From: Eledone cirrhosa
Lineage: Eukaryota
Length of the DNA: 64,000 bases
Assembly (NCBI GenBank): GCA_964016885.1
Contig: OZ024751.1
Location: forward strand, 4,402,001 to 4,466,000
Direction: 5' to 3'
Shown: piece after piece, positions 62,401 to 64,000 of the stretch
Numbering within the stretch: position 1 is the stretch's first letter
How the letters are laid out: each line of letters begins with the position of its first letter
Notes under the pieces: generated by a model
Database searches by the model: none
What the model was told of the DNA's origin: nothing
Seen by the model: only the letters and a program-made list of their open reading frames with translations
Translations under genes and position numbers: made by a program

Positions 62401-64000
62401 GGCAAACCGTATTAATTTAATTATTATTTTTCAATCTAGCAAACTTGGTCATTTGCAATGCATACACTTGTATACTTGTATCAGTGTTTATCCCTATCAT
62501 ATATTCATTTGTATTACACGGCTCAGAAATATCCCTTTCTTTGAGCTATTTAATTTTAAAAGACTATTTGAGTTTATAACTCTATATATAATATTCTCGG
62601 CTCCATGCGTTGAGCTAATTTTTAGTCCCATGAAACCGGCTGCTATTTTAAGCGGCACGAGTATAGGACGTGCTAGACGCTGGGATACATGTGCGTTCAA
62701 CAAGACATTTATCTCAGTCTTCCTAAGTATTTTGAAGTGAAACTTACCAATTTCTGGATACCTGCAGAAGAGCACAGGAATAGGAAATTTCACTTAATTG
62801 TTGCGAAACAAATTTAAAGTTCAGAATTTAAAATTTAAATGTGTCCAGGTATCACGGCTATACCAAATATAGGTTTATTTTTATTGATTTATTACTTGAA
62901 ATCGAGACAGGCAAACCGTATTATTTTAATTAGTATTTTTCAATCTAGCTAACTAGGTCATTTGCAATGCAAACCCTTGTATACTTGTATCAGTGTTTAT
63001 CCCTATTATATATTCATTTGTATTACAGGGCTCAGAAATATCCCTATCTTTGAGCTATTTAATTGTAAAAGACTATTTGAGTTTATAACTCTATATATAA
63101 TATTCTCGGCTCCATGTGTTGAGCTAATTTTTAGTCCTATAAAACCGGCTGCTATTTTTAGCGGCACGAGTATAGGACGTGCTAGACGACGCTGGGATAC
63201 ATGTGCGTTCAACAACACATTTATCTCAGTCTTCCTATGTATTTTGAATTGAAGCTTACCTATTTCTGGATACCTGCAAAAGAGCACAGGAATATGAAAT
63301 TTCACGTAATTGTTGCGAAACAAATTTAATATTTACATTCGTCCAGGTATCACGGCTATTGCCAATATAGGTTTGTTTTTCTTGATTTATTATTTTAAAT
63401 CGAGACAGGCAAACAGTATTATTTTAATTAGTATTTTTCAATCTAGCTAACTTGGTCATTTGCAATGCAAACACTTGTATACTTGTATCAGTGTTTATCC
63501 CTATCATATATTCATTTGTATTACACGGCTCAGAAATATCCCTTTCTTTGAGCTATTTAATTGTAAAAGACTATTTGAGTTTATAACTCTATATATAATA
63601 TTCTCGGCTCCATGCGTTGAGCTAATTTTTAGTCCCATGAAACCGGCTGCTATTTTTAGTGGCACGAGTATAGGACGTGCTAGACGACGCTGGGATACAT
63701 GTGCGTTCAACAACACATTTATCTCAGTCTTCCTATGTATTTTGAATTGAAGCTTACCTATTTCTGGATACCTGCAAAAGAGCACAGGAATAGGAAATCT
63801 CACGTAATTGTTGCGAAACAAATTTAATATTTAAATTCGTCCAGGTATCACGGCTATTGCCAATATAGGTTTGTTTTTCTTGATTTATTATTTTAAATCG
63901 AGACGGGCAAACCGTTTAATTTTAATTAGTATTTTTCAATCTAGCTAACTTGGTCATTTGCAATGCAAACACTTGTATACTTGTAACAGTGTTTATTCCT
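47410..64000 (+). repeat. ~500-bp tandem satellite (495-513-bp units, ~33 copies, continues off the window), retrozyme-like
   Basis: Equivalent positions recur at 47787, 48299, 48797, 49292, 49801 ... 63460, 63958. Each unit carries a hammerhead fold. Confidence 0.97.
57166..57262 (+). ncRNA. Representative satellite hammerhead (type I, U4A core)
   Basis: GATACCTG-CAGAAGA-GCAC..GTTGC-GAAA-CAAATTTAAA..TTTAAATTTG-TC-CAGGTATC. Repeats in every unit (e.g. 48094-48190). Confidence 0.78.

Noticed and set aside
47787-63821. Repeated ~95-105-aa ORFs on both strands (MQCKHLYTC..., MFRNNYVKF...)
   Set aside because: By-products of the satellite: non-ATG starts, no recognisable domain, and stops or frameshifts in several units. 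The conserved feature is the RNA fold.
47410-64000. CRISPR-like array
   Set aside because: Whole ~500-bp units repeat with no unique spacers, there are no cas genes, and the context is eukaryotic.

Overview
AT-rich eukaryotic DNA made almost entirely of repeats. The style of the C2H2 array, the RTE/SINE families and the long (TA)n tracts suggest a cephalopod such as octopus (inference). 1-12.9 kb: tandem non-autonomous Helitron, a C2H2 zinc-finger gene truncated by a premature stop, a decayed RTE LINE and SINEs. 12.9-25 kb: nested LTR elements (a Merlin-like MITE carrying an L1/Tx1-like fragment, inside a Mag-like Gypsy, inside the 5' LTR of a CsRn1-like Gypsy). 25-47 kb: Penelope-like elements (Naiad- and Neptune-like) and non-coding derivatives, mostly folded back on themselves and abutting (TA)n, whose pseudo-LTRs carry type I hammerhead ribozyme (HHR) motifs with canonical, U4C and U3-A8 cores. 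47.4-64 kb: a ~500-bp tandem array (33 HHR-bearing units counted by eye). Each unit holds a type I hammerhead fold with a non-canonical CAGAAGA (U4A) or CAAAAGA core, and a dispersed copy at 25.4 kb shows a compensatory stem I change. This retrozyme-like ribozyme satellite is the main candidate novel system. All RNA structures were paired by eye; no search or folding program was run, and self-cleavage is untested.
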